From Sphyrna mokarran (Eukaryota), in the NCBI GenBank assembly GCA_024679065.1, contig JAGIQG010000002.1, forward strand, positions 82,894,001 through 82,958,000: a stretch of 64,000 nt of DNA. The letters run 5' to 3'. This document shows, one piece after another, positions 24,561-38,804 of the stretch. Position numbers and translations under genes: made by a program. Below the pieces are notes generated by a model. It searched no databases and had not been told where the DNA came from. It saw only the letters and a program-made list of their open reading frames with translations. The stretch's first letter is position 1, and each line of letters starts with the position of its first letter.

Positions 24561-26679
24561 GTTATTAATACCTTTGCAGAACGCAACTGGTAAAATATGA
24601 CAGCGGAAGCATTTAGAATTAAGAAGTCAATTTTAAGCAGTAAAATTATGTTTAAAAAAACACCTTCTTTGCTGAAAACTTAAAAAAGTTCTAGACTATT
24701 ATAATCTCCTGAGAAACATGATAAGGCCAAAAAACACTTAGTGTAGCTAAAAATGTAGCAACTCACAGCAAAATATTGGCAGAAACTAATTAAAATATCT
24801 TCAAATCCCAGTTGATATTGTACAGGAACTTCTTTAAACTATCCATCCAGCCCCTCTCAGAGTTATGAGCAATTACTTTCTTATAATATCCACCCAACAC
24901 CAATTCTAATTCAGTGCTAAGTAACAGCCAAGCTAAACAGTTCTCCGTGCTGAATCAGTACAATGCCACGTCGCTAAGTACCTTTACAGCACAGCTATGT
25001 CAAACACAGCAAATTTAACCACAGACAAAGTTCAAAAGCACCAAAGCATTTCCTTGTTGAAATAATTATTCCAACATAATCAAACAGCACAAGGTCTGTG
25101 AAAGATCCAAGGCACAAATGTTGGAACACCCAGAAGCAATTGCATTTTCACATTCCTCTGTAAATATCAATTTAGCACATTAGGCTTAAAGATTTTTTCA
25201 GATTCTACATTGCTTGTATTAAGGCAATGTCTCTATAAATATGATGGATGGGAATTTATTTTTCATGTAGATATGATCTCAATGCTCTTTCTAATTGCAT
25301 GCCGAGCAAAAGACAACTCGCAGTGTTATGATGCCCACGTACCTTTAAGGTGGCATATTGTAAACTGCTGTCAATCACTATCATGTGGACAGAATATGCT
25401 GTAGTAGTCACTTGATTCTGTACTCACTATAAAGCAGCAACTCTATAAGATATATAGATATATTCAACATCCCAAATATTATCCTCAAATAAAGAACTCA
25501 CAATATTGTTTTACCAAACCTTGTTATATGATTTGTATGGTTATGACAAATGGAAGAACATAACATGGTGGCAGCATCAGAGCTTTAACCATTTCACGTG
25601 CAAAACTGGTGTAGAAATGAAACAGCTATCAAGTATTGTGTATGTGATGCTGCAGCACTGTCAAATTCTACACACCATACCTTCATGCTGAGATATTGCA
25701 CCTCACTCAAATCAGCAGGCAGTAAGATTGTTCAAATTTGTGCGTGCTTAATTAGTATCATTCTGCCTACTGCAATGTTTGTGCAGGAATAGAGACTTAA
25801 CAGCCAACATTGCAGGGTCTAGCTTTAAGCAGAACTCTGCAGAGACAGGACTCCTTTACTAGTGCATACTATCCCTTCAGGCAAGCATCAAGGGGCCAAT
25901 TAAACACTGGGGACTGGGCCAGGGAACAAGAATCCATCCGGTAATAGCTCCCAAATTTCCTAACAGCTACAAGAAGGTTCCAGAAAGTTGTTTTCTTCAG
26001 TTATACTTCCCCTTCAAGTATGCAGTCTATTTTCATGGAGAATAAAATCACTGAGATTTAGTCAGCCTGAGAAAGCAGAAGCAGCTCAGCAACACCACCA
26101 TTGCAGCAATCTGTGACAAGATACAGCTGCAGCCACTTAAAATACTGCAAATTAGGAGTCTGACTAAACTCTGAAGGATTACAAATAAGTTTGACTAGTT
26201 GCTCTTGTTCCAAGTAATTGTAATAATCCTGTAAAAAGCTACTTTCAGAGTATATGCTGCAAATGTAGGGACAGTACAAATTGAATGCAGAATTGGACAC
26301 TGGTGCAGATTAAACATCCTTCACTTTGGACATTTGAAGTATATGTACCTATAGATGTTGCAAGTAATGATTCAACCAACTATTGCCAAACTTACTTTGT
26401 GCAATGGCTTAGAGTCTCAGACCTACTATACTCAAATTTTGCTACAACTTACCCTGTCGTTCTAGTTATTTGTTGATGTGGGCACCACGGGTCCAGTGAT
26501 TGTAGGCCCTAGATCATGGCGACCTGTCCTTGGTGATCATCCATGATATCATCAACACAATGACAAGAACTAAACCACAAGAAGCCCCATTGACAACCTA
26601 TGCTTACAGTGGGAGATAACCAAAACAGCACAGGTCATCAGCTGAAAGGCAATGTGGCACATGTGGAACTGAATATGTA

Positions 26680-26868
26680 AAACAAAATAAAGTCACCATA
26701 GTCCCAGATCACCATAGGCTTTCCCCTTCGAAGGAGGTGCTGACTTAACCTGAGGAGAATCACACCTTGGGTAAAAGGCAAGTTTGAAAAGGAATGAATA
26801 ACTTCAGCCAATACACTGTTGGCATCACTCTGCATTGTGAACCAACCATCCAACCAACTGAGCTAATC
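26680..26868 (-). mobile_element. tRNA-derived SINE (distinct family)
   Basis: Reverse strand begins gattagctcagttggttggatgg (A box) and ends gcctatggtgatctgggactatggtgactttattt. Confidence 0.7.
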
Positions 26869-27159
26869 AAATATGAATTACTATTGTGATGGATAAGTGT
26901 GGACAATGCTCTACAGTTGTCACTTGCCAATACTTCCAGAAGTAGAAGATTCATTCATGGCTAAATGGGGAAGATGAATAATGCCCATGATCAACATATA
27001 AGTAACTAATTGCTCAACTTGATTGTCAGATAAAACGTTTATATGCAACACCCAACTGATGGCATGTAAAATCCAACAGAAATCATCAGCTTATACCAAG
27101 AATCAAGATCACACCAAGTACAAAAATCAAACAGATAACAGTATGACAAAACAGATGTT

Positions 27160-27295
27160 GGCCAGAATTCTCTGGTCTCGTATACCCCACTGCCGCTGCC
27201 AATAAGAACGGTCAATTTGGCATTCAGCCAAATCTCTGTTCACTGCAGCAAGACTGGAGAATCCCAGCTGCAGCTGAGATAGGAGAATTCTGGCA
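27160..27295. mobile_element. Harbinger-type MITE
   Basis: TIRs gccagaattctc / gagaattctggc. Confidence 0.7.
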
Positions 27296-29025
27296 ACCAA
27301 ATCAGAACAATGCCACAACAAGGTATTGGCATAGTGCCAATCTGGGAGTGCCTACCTGTGCCAGGGCAGTGCCAAGGAGCATTTCCCTCTCCTCTGGGCA
27401 GCTAAAATCATCTTTAGCACTCCTCCCAAGGATCCCCAAGACAGGTTCATATCTAGTTGAACCTGTTGTGAACCGTGCCATGACGTGACACTGGCACAGT
27501 TTGAATATACGAGGGGTGTCAACATTCGGATGGGGGGTGGTTTTTATATTTAAAAAAGATCAAAATGAATGTAGAGCAGATTCACACCCATACGTCATCA
27601 GTGAGGGGTTGTGAGAATTGGAAGCCAATTGTGACTTCTGGGATTTTGCCAAATCTTAGGCACTACCTCCTGTAACCATTACCATGGATAGTGTGAATGG
27701 GCTCGAGATTGCCCCAGTGTTATTTTCTATTGCTGTCATGTAAATAATTTGATTGCTTAAGGATAGAGCTCTGATATAGAGAAACAGGAGGGATGTTACA
27801 GGGGCAGGAAAGGGGGGGGACTTGATAGTCCCACGTGAGGTCTTGATAAGCCAAAGTACGATGGCCTCAAGATAGGAAGGGATAAGTTCCACATGGGGCA
27901 TTGGGACATTGACATCAAACGGTTCAAGAGGGAGGACAGAGGTATCACCAATTACTACAATGGGACTAATGATTAGAAGGGGAAGAACTGGATGATTGGA
28001 GAGAGATCAGCTTTCAAAGATCCTTTGTTCCTCTTGTGGGAGATCCCCTGTGTAGAAGGAACCAACTAAAAAGGGGAAATAAGACGGAACTATTCCAAAT
28101 GAGCTGAAGATCTTTAAACGCTGCAGCTGCCACTGGAGGAGGATAATTTGGGACACCAAACTATATGGAAAGGTATTCAACATCGGATGTAAAATACATG
28201 GCCAACAAAAGAAGAAAACCTCAGCCTACTTCGTAAAAAAGTGTCAAATTTGCATAAGAACTGAAGTAAGTCCTGCTGATTTTTTCAGCGGGGTTTTCAA
28301 AATGCATCTCCCGCACTCTGTGCATGCAGAGTGCATTAGCACGAATCTCGCAAAAAAAATCAGTGGGTGGGGCCTATTCCTACATAAGAGGCCAGCAGCG
28401 GGCCAAAGTGCATGCACCGATCTGTCAGTGCCAAGATTGGCACATGGACAGTAGCCTTTTTCTGGCAGCCTCCCAATCACTGGCTATCTCAACTGCTGGC
28501 CAGCCTGCGATCCCACATCATCTTCCAATTCCCCCTTCTCCCCACCTCCCCACTATGATTTCTGTGGTGAGGGAATGGGAAAACTTTCCTCTTTGCTTTC
28601 AGCTGTTTCCCTTGACTCAGCATTCCCCCTGGCCCCCCACAGCCAGTCAAACATTAGCCCTCCAAATTCCCCCTTTACCTCCATATCGCCTCCCACTGAT
28701 CCTGCAGGTCAAGCAAGCCTTGCTTCCCACACCCCACTTTGCCTCCCCGGCGGAATTGGAGCAGCTGTGAGTGCAATGCCGTGAAAGTTGGAGAATGTTA
28801 CACACACATACCTCAAGGTCATGGGTGAAGAAGGCTTGCCATGTACATGTCACCTATATATGGTTGTGAATCATGCTGGTCTAGCTGCTGATATGGCCTT
28901 TTTGAATGGAGGGGCTGGAGGTCTGAGTTTTCAATGAGTATTCCTAATATTCAAACTAATATGGGTATATTTCCCAGTATGGCATGGAAGTTAGGAATGG
29001 AAAATCAAGAACTACTTTTTCTTTT

Positions 29026-29310
29026 TAAAGTTTATTTATTAGCGTCACAAGTAGACCTTTATTAATACTGCAATGAAGTTCTGTGAAAATCCCCTAGTTG
29101 CCACAGTCCAGCGCCTGTTTGGTTACACTGAGGAAGAATTTAGCATGGCCAATCCACCTAACCAGCACATCTTTTGGACTGTGGGAGGAAACCACAGCAC
29201 CCAGAGTAAATCCACACAGACAAGAGGAGAACTTGCACAGACGGTGACCCAAGCCAGGAATGGAACCCGGGCCCCTGAGGCAGCAATGCTAGCCACTGTG
29301 CCGTCATGCC
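29026..29310 (-). mobile_element. V-SINE, Rex1-like tail
   Basis: aaagtttatttattagcgtcacaagtag...gaaaatcccctagttgccac...ccactgtgcc. Confidence 0.9.
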
Positions 29311-30346
29311 ATTCAACCCACCAGTGGGAAACTGACTTTTGGTTATTTCCACATTTTCCCCTTTCCTTATGACACTCGCCTCTGACAGGACCGGAAAATT
29401 CCGACTTTAGTATTTGTCTTTTTTTACAGGGAGAGTAATTCTTTAATGGCACTGCTCCACTCTGGCCATGCTCTCCAAACCTTATTATGGACCATGAACA
29501 CTCCTGCCAATTTTTGAATGTATTAAACAGCTTTTATTTTACCATTCTCAGTGTCTTTCTTTGTTATTGGACTGTAATTTTAGGGGAAATGTTCAGCTCA
29601 GGAAGTGTCTGTTCTCTGCTATGTACATACTTTCTTTTGAGCTATTTATTTTGTCATTCCTTTCAAACAATTGGTAAGTTTGTGCTCTTTGCAATGTGAT
29701 TTTGTGCACTTTTGCTTCTATTTCCACCACTATAATTCAGCCTGACACATTACCAAAGGTTAAGTGGTTTATTTCTGGTTGCTAAACCAATTATATTACA
29801 TGACTTTATCCATTATTCGGTTAGATTATTTGAACTACAGTTAGCAGCCAAGTTGATTTGCTTGGACATAATCTTCAATGGACTGTCAACAAATATTCCA
29901 ATTTGACAGCCATTAGTCATGCCATAGATCGCATCCATTATCATTTGTTTTTGCCTGTTTTCATGAACTTATCAAATTCCACTCATTAAGATCTACTTTC
30001 ACCTCCAAATTGGGTGAAAGCCAAAAGCTGTAAGATATATTCAACTACTTTGTTAAGGAAAGACAGTATGAAGAAACAATTAAGATGAAATAGGATAAAA
30101 TTGAAATCAAAGAGACATAAAGTGGGGGAGAGAATGATAGAATGGAAAACAAAATAAATGGTAAATGACAAAGATAGTTATAAAATGATGTGTTTTATTT
30201 TAATTAAATGTTTTATTTAATTCTATGTCTATTTATTGTTTAGGGGTATTGATACAATAATGAATCTACTTCTGTCATCATTTATTTTTATGATGGTAAT
30301 ATTAGGGCTTGTTTCAGTGTCACACACATTCAAGGATAAACATAAT

Positions 30347-30473
30347 GGGTGGGATTATATCGCCTCACTCATCCTGAAACCATAAAATCCTGACCAAGGT
30401 CAATGGACCTTTCCATGGTCTGCTTCTCAACTGCTTCGATTCCCATGGCGGGCAGGACAGTAAAATTCCGGCT
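30347..30473. mobile_element. Harbinger-type MITE
   Basis: gggtgggattat ... gtaaaattccggc; interior similar to 56868-56993 (aggtcaa..gaccttt, cttcgattcccat). Confidence 0.65.
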
Positions 30474-31529
30474 ATTACATTGGAAAGTGAGTGGGAATTG
30501 GAATTTATTGAAGCTACTGTTATTAGATCATGCATTTGTGATTAGTTGATAAGTATATGGAAATTTACTTCACATTTTTACTGAAATGAAGTACTGCTCA
30601 TATACAGAATAAATGCAGCATTGGGCTTTACAAAAAAAAACATTTTCTGAGAAGAAATTATCTTAAACAAGTTTGTTCTGCACATTTCTTGACATATCTA
30701 TTACTTCTGATTTGAAATATAGAGTATACGAATTGTCAAATCGGTGACTGTAACAGCTCGGGGTCTCTGCGGCATCACATTTTGGAATTTTCCTAGATTA
30801 GATGCAATCCATGTCAGGACCTCACGCATCAGAGTTTTTATGTATAAATCTGCTCTATCAATGGGGAACTTGGTTTTCCAACCAAAGGCTCAAAATTACA
30901 CTTTTCCACCACTATATTTAATGGCCTGAACATTGTGACCATCCAAATTTCTGATAGATGCTGCCACTATGTAAGGTTCCCTGCCAGCAGCAGAGTTGTG
31001 AAGTAGACCATGGATGTTTCAGTGAGATTGGTCATGTGAAACATAACAGTAGCATCATCTGCTACCTACATCAGCACAGCCAGCTTTTGTCATCTCTGAT
31101 AAATGCCTCACCCATCACTCACTCCTCAGCCTGGTTTTAATCTTTCATACGTTAATCAACCCACTATGCATTAACATGGTTTCTATGTTTTATTTCTGAA
31201 GCTATCATTTACAATCCTATTCAGGCACTGCAAAAATCCTTTTCATCATGCAAGTGTGCGATTACTTGACATTTGCCAATTATTGTTCACTATTTTGTTT
31301 ACATTGCATAAAAGAAACCATTAAAAACAAGCTTTACAAGTAGGCCAGGATGGAACAAGGTGTCAGTCCAGTTCCAATTGCTCCAAACTTCACAGTACTA
31401 GTTCTTAATATTCAAACAGAATTTCCAAATTTACTAACCATTGGATAACAAAAGCGTAAGAAAGGAATTTTTGCATTTCTGTTGCAGTCCTGATTCTCCA
31501 GACAGAACTTGCATACATTCCCAAATCAA

Positions 31530-31840
31530 TGAGTGGGAGTCCAGAACAAAGATACAGTCTTAAGATTAGAGTAAGGCACTTCAAAGGATTCGCCTGGAAG
31601 CACTGCTTAACACTAGGAGTGGAGAAATCTGCTGGAGAAATCTCACTCCTAAAGAAAAAATGCTTAAAATAGACTAACTGAAAATGTTAAGACATATTGT
31701 TAAATTTTGGCTAGTCAAGTGTGTAACGGGCTACTGAAGCAAGGCAGGTAGATGGAATTAAGATAGAGATCAGCCATGAGTTAAGTGAATGTTGGAACAG
31801 GCTGGGGAGCTTAAATAGCCTACTCCTGTTCCTACATTTC
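31530..31840 (+). mobile_element. Old CR1 3' fragment
   Basis: gggagtccagaacaaag..agtcttaagattagag ... agatcagccatga ... aatagcctactcctgttcct. Confidence 0.75.
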
Positions 31841-31967
31841 TAATAATTCCCTGTAACTTTGTCTGCACATTTCCTACAATATAACAGTGAGCTTTTGTAC
31901 TCATCAATCCATATTTTTTTTATGTTGGCCAGTCTGGTGACAAGTGCTGATGCTGCAAAAGTACTTA

Positions 31968-32108
31968 TATAATCCCTACAGTGCAGAAAGAGGTCATTTG
32001 GCCCATTGAGACTGCATCGATCACAATCCCTTCCAGACCCTATCCCCATTGCTCTACAAAGGGGCAATTTAGCATAGGCAATCAACCTAACTTGCACATC
32101 GTTGGACT
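31968..32108 (-). mobile_element. V-SINE 3' fragment, CR1-tailed
   Basis: aatccctacagtgcagaaagaggtcatttggcccat...gcaatttagcat..caatcaacctaac. Confidence 0.85.
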
Positions 32109-33789
32109 TCATTGGCTGTAGAGCACTTTGACATATCCAGTGGGTTGTGAAAAGTGCTACTTCATGCAAGTCTTTCTTTCTTTTCTTCTTTTCTATAAAA
32201 GGCAGCTGAATCTATTTTTTAGTCCTTTTCTCAATCTGTCAACCCTGCAGGATTCCCCCACTCTAATATGTCCACCTTATTAGTTTCTCTGCTGGCTTTT
32301 GTGCTCATCAACTTACTTTTTTTGTTTTGAAGTTGGCTTTCTTGGTTTCACTGCCAGTCTGGTGACTAGTGGCGATGCTGCAAAGATCAGGAAATCTATC
32401 CGTTGCAGGTCTGCCCCAGAATAAAATCATCCTGTGTTAGGATTGAGGAATTCAGGTGTAGGATCAGATTTGGGTTTAAGATTCAAACTAGAGCTGATCT
32501 TTGGGTTTGGAAGAATTTATCAGGGTTGACTTTATTTTGTTGAATTATGATGTGGGAAAATTTCTGTTGGCAATTTGCTGTTGGGTAATAGATCTGTGTG
32601 TGTCGGGGTCAACACCTGGATGTCAGAGGAAGATTCTTAGTTCTGACAAGTGTTTTCTTTTGAATAAACCACAGTTCAACATTTTTACACAAGCATGCTA
32701 TATTTTCTGAAAAATTAATAAATTGCTCCTTTAATATCATGATATGTATTTAAACAAGTACCTTTTGTGGATTCAGTCACTTGTTAGAAGGGTGAAGTCA
32801 AAGGTCGTACTGGCAAGTTGGGGTGAGCACCCCCAACTTGACCTTAGCCACTAACTAAGAGGGTTAAATGCCCCTGCATCTCTACAGTCTTTGTTCTGAA
32901 TTTCTTGGACTTAATAAGTACCGGTATCTGTCTTATATCAAAATTTTACTGCAATGATATGCCAACAGCATTCTTACATAAGGTTGTACAACAGCCTCTG
33001 TTATAACAGATTTATGTTCCCAGCTCCCACACTAGAGTAATCATTTTGTGAGTGAGCACTGAACTATCTATCTGAGCTCCTCAATAAAAATGCCAAGCTG
33101 TCCAAAATCAATCCAGTAGTGAGTTTACATCTGTTGGAACAAACTTACAAAATAATTGCATGTCAAATTTCTTTGGATGAATTGAGCAGTCGAGGAGCCT
33201 CACTTGCTTTGTTGTTATCCATTAACATGTTACGTGGACCATTGTGCATTCTAAGCTAAATAAACGGAGTTTCATCAGTCTGGGTTACTAATAGAAAACA
33301 CAATCTTGAAAGATTTTCAGTTGCAATGCCCAGACAAGGTAATCTGTGGAGAAGCTGAAGTTTGCAGTGAATCTTGTTTGTGTCAGGCAATGGGATATCT
33401 ATAAAGTCAGGTGCATTGCCTTGGACAACTGCAAATAAATCTTTAAACAGTGAAAATAGAGGGATTTTAATAGCTCTTCACAGACAAACCATCCTTAAAA
33501 TTTTATTTTAGTTCTTTTTACAGAAATAACTGCTTTAATGATAAAGTTAAAAATGAAAAATACCAGAAATTCAAAACAAAGGTACCAAATGCTTACATTA
33601 CACTATATGTGGGTCAACATCATAAATGGATAAAACACTTCCAAAGAAAGGTTTGATTTTATATAACTTCATTCCCAGTCTCAGCACTGTCCCCAGTTGC
33701 TTGACAGCCAATACAACAATTATTTTGGAAATGTCACAACTACTGTCATATAAAAAACATGGCAAACAATTACTGTTCAGTAATCTTCC

Positions 33790-34040
33790 ATAGACATTGG
33801 GACAATTCCTTTGATATTCTTTACAATAATGCCATAGGATTCTTTCTTCCATTTGAGTCAGCAGTGTGCCCATTAGTTTAACTTTTCATCTGAAATAAAG
33901 TGATAGTGCAGAATTTCCTCAGTACTGTTCTGCAAAGAGATGTTAGCTAGGTTTTGAACTTGAGTTTAGAATGGGACTTGAATCCACTAGCCATTGATTC
34001 AGAGATGGGAATATTACCACTGTGTAATGGCTGACACCTA
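33790..34040 (-). mobile_element. DeuSINE (SacSINE1-like)
   Basis: aataatgccataggattc, gtttaac..tcatctgaaa, agtgcag..tttcctcagtactg, gggacttgaatccac, ggctgacacc. Confidence 0.75.
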
Positions 34041-34164
34041 GTGAGCTAACCAGGGAAGCAGTTACTGACTTCTCTTAACAATAATCTGATAAACATGAGT
34101 AAAAAAGTCATTGGTGATGACAGAGTGGTACATTAAATCATTTTCCACTTTTTCTGTTCACTTG

Positions 34165-34240
34165 TAAGAAGTCTCACAATATCAGCTTTATTTGGAATCA
34201 TGAACTTTCAGAGCGCTGCTCCATCATCAAGTGAGTGATG
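34165..34240 (-). mobile_element. Penelope pLTR fragment with a degenerate hammerhead core
   Basis: gtaagaagtctcacaa...actttcagagcgctgctccatcatcaagtgagtg; matches the left arm of 56053. Confidence 0.7.
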
Positions 34241-36849
34241 ACTCATTTGATCTAAAGTGAGGGATCTGCAAGTTCACAATTTGATTGTCAGCTCAGTAGG
34301 GTGATAAAGGTTTTAGCTGTCTTTGATGTAGAACTATGAATACAAAAGTTTGTTTTTGTAAGGGATTATTCCTTGAATTAAACATTTCTTACCATAGAGG
34401 ATGAAGTCCTTGAAAGAAATGTTTCACTGGTTTTATAATGGATTAAGTACCTCAAATAATTTGAATGCATTGAATGGGTATTTATCAATGAAAGTGCTTA
34501 TAAACAGATTGAAATCTGCAACTGATAGTTTAACTTCATTTTATTTCACCTCAGCATAGCTCATGAGGGCTGTCCATGGTGGACACTGGTGACTTGGCAT
34601 GGAGGGTATAAGAACAAAGAATAGTGGAAGGGGGCATGGGTTGACGTGATTTGGTACTAAGTTAGCATAGTGGTTATTAATGGCAATGGGGATATTTGGC
34701 AGGATGTGGTCATGGGTTGGCATGAGTTGAGACTGATTTGGCATGGTGTGCATAAGAAGCTATGAGGAGGGTAGAGGAGTATAAACTTGCATTGAGGGTA
34801 AGATAGACTATGTTATGAGCTGGCATGAATGGGACAGGGGGAGACTGTGGAAGGGGCTGATGGGGAAGTGCTTTAGGGCTGATTTTCATTTTAATTCATT
34901 TTTTACAACTGGGATAAAGTATCAGACCATCAAGGTGAGCCTTTTAAACAGCCCTCCTGGGAACGGAGCAGCTACTGTGGGTGCCTCCCACTGTTTCCAA
35001 GGACAGCAGCTCTTCTCTTTTATTCCTTGACCTTTTGCTTCATATATCCATTTTCCCCTCAGGATTAATCTCGATATTGATATAAAAACAGTTAGTGCTA
35101 TTTTTAGTGGCTAGTCTAGTATGCTTTGATTCCATGGAAACAACTGGACCAAAGCCCATTTGCAGAAGATCTGTTTTCTGGTTATAATGTACAAAGAGTA
35201 AAATAGGTAGGTTAATTATCCTTTAAGTATAATCCCCAATAACATGTGCAGTCTCTGGTTGTGTTGGCTGTATGGTCACTTATACTGGCCCAATCTGCAG
35301 CAAAAACGACCCCATCAACTAAAACAAAAGTTCTCTGTTTTTCCCTCAGAGGATATATGGAACAGACTTCCAGTAAAAGTAGCTGACGCTGAGACAAGTA
35401 ATTATTTAAAAATAAAGAGCTGGATAAATATCTAGTTGAGAATAGGATTGTTGGCAAGAGGGTACGTCTAGATGAGATGATCACAATGGTTTGTGTGTTG
35501 AAGAAGCACTTGCTCAGTGGGAGAGGGCAAAGTTATTAGGTGAATCATTCTTATCCATTTTCAGAACTTGGGTCTAACAAGAGTGACTCATGAAAAACTA
35601 ATAAAGAAGTAAAGGAAGTTCTACATTTCTAGCCAAGGGAGACAAAGGAATGGGGCAGACAGGAAATTAGGGTTAAGGCCATAATCAGATCAGCCGTAAT
35701 CTTAACAGCTTGAGAGGCCAAACAGCCTACTCTTGCTCCTAGTTCTTGGGTTCTTATACAAGGCACCTTTCACAACCTCAGGATCACCTGAAACTTTGAG
35801 AATGAAGTGTGGGAAATTTATGAGGGTTAGCTGTACTTTGAGATTAGATAATAAAATTGGTTCACCATCTCAGCATGTGGTTCCCTGGTTCTGTGGTGGC
35901 AAGATGTATATTGGAGAATATTATAGTTAGCTATGAAATGTACAATTAAAAACATACATCATCTGTCTATTTATTTGTGTTAGGGTGAGAACTGCCACAA
36001 GAGTTATTTATATTTATTTCTGTGCCACTTTCAACATAGAAAACATACCATTGATACTTTACAGAACAGGAAGAAACAATAATTAACATAGTTGCAGAAT
36101 TGGACATCTTCCCGTGGAGCAGGTACAGACTGGTAGTGAGGGGAGGGCCAAGATGGCTGACTCCTCTGCCCAAAGTGAAGCCCAAAGTCAGAAAATCACA
36201 GGCTGTTGTAAGACTAAAGGAGAATGCAGAAATAGGGGGCTGGATGTTGTGTTTCAGAAATGGAATGATACTAGTACCACGAAAGAATAATTTCCAATAT
36301 GATGCCATCAAGTGACAAATCCAACATCATCACGTCAGTCAACAATAATACAGTGGGCAACTATGCCCTAAAATCAGGAGTCCTCCCACTATTTTGAAAT
36401 GAGTAATTAACAACTATTCAAGTTCATTAGCAGTTCAATCGACTGTAATAATATATTCCCAGTACCATGATATATCAAGTATCTAAAACATAGAAATTGT
36501 GAACACTAATACTGTAGGAGCCTCCAAATCCAGCAACTACAGGGAACCTCGTTCAGAAGAAACATATGGTAGTGCCATCTTGGATTACCCAATAGCATTT
36601 AAAGTTCAACACACTGTTTTAAAATGTAATGACCATGGATCAAGCATCTACCACACCAGACATATGTACCACTCAGTTCTCACCAATGACTTTTTTACTC
36701 ATGTTTATCTGAATACTGTTAAGAGAAGTCGGTAATTGCTTCCCTGGTTAGCTCACTAGCTGTCAGCCATTACACAGTAGTAGTACTCCCACCCCTGAAT
36801 CAGACCTACATCAGTCACACAATTGGGAACTTTGCATAAAGTTCATGAT

Positions 36850-37995
36850 TGCTTCAGGTCTAGAAGAAGGGGTGCAGGCAAAGCATGGTACAGAACAACT
36901 CCCAGTTGGTAAAACAGCAGAACTGCAGGGAGACTCCAGACTAAAGGAAGCAATATTATAATGGACCATAAAAGGACGGGCAACCATGCCATCGCTGTGG
37001 AACCTAGTGACCCATATAAGCATGACCAATCTCAGCGCAGCATTTTAATTGCAACTGTATAAGATACGTTGGTAAACTATGCAAAGCTAAAACAAGATGC
37101 ATAGATGATCCCAAAACGACTCACAAGATCAAGAAGAAACATACCCATGCTTCTTTGGTTAGGTCAAAGTTCTGGGATTTTTATTCTAGCAATGACTGTA
37201 ACACTACATTCTGCACTCTCTCTTCTTCTTCTCTATGAACGGTGTCTGTACAGCATGCGAGAAATGATACTTTTCAATGTATATTAATACATGGGACAAT
37301 AACAAATCAAATCAAATCAAAATCAATTTCTGGAACGTAAACATCTCAGGTAATGATTATCTCACAAACTTTAAACTGGACACGGGAGCCAGTGTCATGG
37401 TCCCCTCAGACAATGAACTGTGGCTAGTGACACAATTTGTTAATGCCACCCAAAACACAGCCGCATGTATTAACCTTCCAGTGAAAGATACTGTGCAGGC
37501 AGCACTCAAATACAAAGACAAAACCCACATTCATCATCTACAACCAAGAATGTTCCCTTTAAGCCAAAAAGCCTGTGTCAATCTCAACCTCCTACAGAAA
37601 TTTGACAAAGTTAACTAGATTCTGATTCCAAAGTAAAAAACAGTTCCTGAAAGATTGGGCTACTCAGAGCCACATGCAGAATATACTGAGAGAGAATGCT
37701 AAGCCCATGTGCCTGCTTGTACCACGAAAAATATCCTGTCCACTCATGAAGCAAGTGCAGCCACAGCTGGACAAGATGAAAAAATGGATGCCATCGCTTT
37801 GATCACTCAGCCAAATGAATGGTGTTCCAGCAGGATCCCATTCCCAAAACTGAGTGGGTCCATCTCTACCTGCTTCAACGTGACACTCAATAAAGCTGTG
37901 GCAAGGGAAGTCAATTAGATCTCCTTGGTGGATGACAATCTGATCAAACTCTCTCAAAGCATAGTGTTTTCAAAGTTGAAAGCTGACAATGAATA
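36850..37995 (+). mobile_element. Decayed Ty3/Gypsy LTR retrotransposon internal region (gag zinc knuckle, aspartic protease, RT start)
   Basis: FNCNCIRYVGKLCKA (CCHC-like); FKLDTGASV (protease); ITQPNEWCS..PKLSGSI..LNKAVARE; VDDNLIKLSQSIVFSKL. Confidence 0.85.
37186..37326 (+). mobile_element. Rex1/Babar 3' UTR fragment inserted in the Gypsy element
   Basis: Reverse complement of 13446-13590; ends (CAAAT)n. Confidence 0.85.
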
Positions 37996-38804
37996 ACAGA
38001 CAAGCAGAAGTAGAAGTAAAGTAATGTAAATAACAGGAATACACTGTAAGTATTTTGGATAAAGACGAGGGGGAAGTGTAGTATAAGGGACTGGTATTGA
38101 AATGGTTAATGTGGGACTGGGTACATTACTGCTCATTGAGTGGGACCTAAAAAAATACATGACCCAAGTCTAGAGGGCAGTCATGGACTGGACAGAACCA
38201 TGTGTAGAAGCAAGCATGGAGACAGCTCATAACTTAAAGCTTATAATGTATACACAGTCCACTGGCCCTTGTCTGCAATGCCTTTTGCAGCTGCCCTCTG
38301 ATTCCCTAACGCCATGAGGGCCCCAACATGCTGGGGGTTTCCTACACAGTGACAGGAGGTGGCAAGCAAAGATACCTGTGCCAATGGCAGAGAAATGAAG
38401 GAAAGACACACTGCATCACAAGCACCCTGAGAGTTGCCCTTGACAACATCAACTGCTGCTTCCCTTCCACCACAAGATCCATTTGTTACTGACTGCTTTC
38501 TTGAGAGGGATGTAAATTTGGGATCCTTATCCCTCCTATCACCCTAGCTCTGATCCCTACTCTGAGTATAGGTCAGAACGAATGCCCACAACTACTCCAG
38601 TAGTTGGGTTTGGCCACCCAAGACAGTTGCCAATAGAGGAAGTGGTATGTCCTGTAGAGTTGGTGATCCCTGTGCTCACGGCCTGGATGGACTCCTCCTG
38701 TGACCGTGTCAAAACATGCAACCCTCTGCCTCATCGCCACACACCTTGTGCTGGTCGGCCAGCATCTGGTGATTTATAAACGACTCCAGAGATTTCGACG
38801 GGGA

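Noticed and set aside
28324-28770. 148 aa Pro-rich ORF
   Set aside because: Produced by the C-rich tract of a non-autonomous repeat; no domain motif.
33141-33256. Possible minus-strand exon (ttag...gtaag) reading MHNGPRNMLMDNN
   Set aside because: A stop precedes the donor in that frame, the acceptor is weak, and the peptide is not recognisable.
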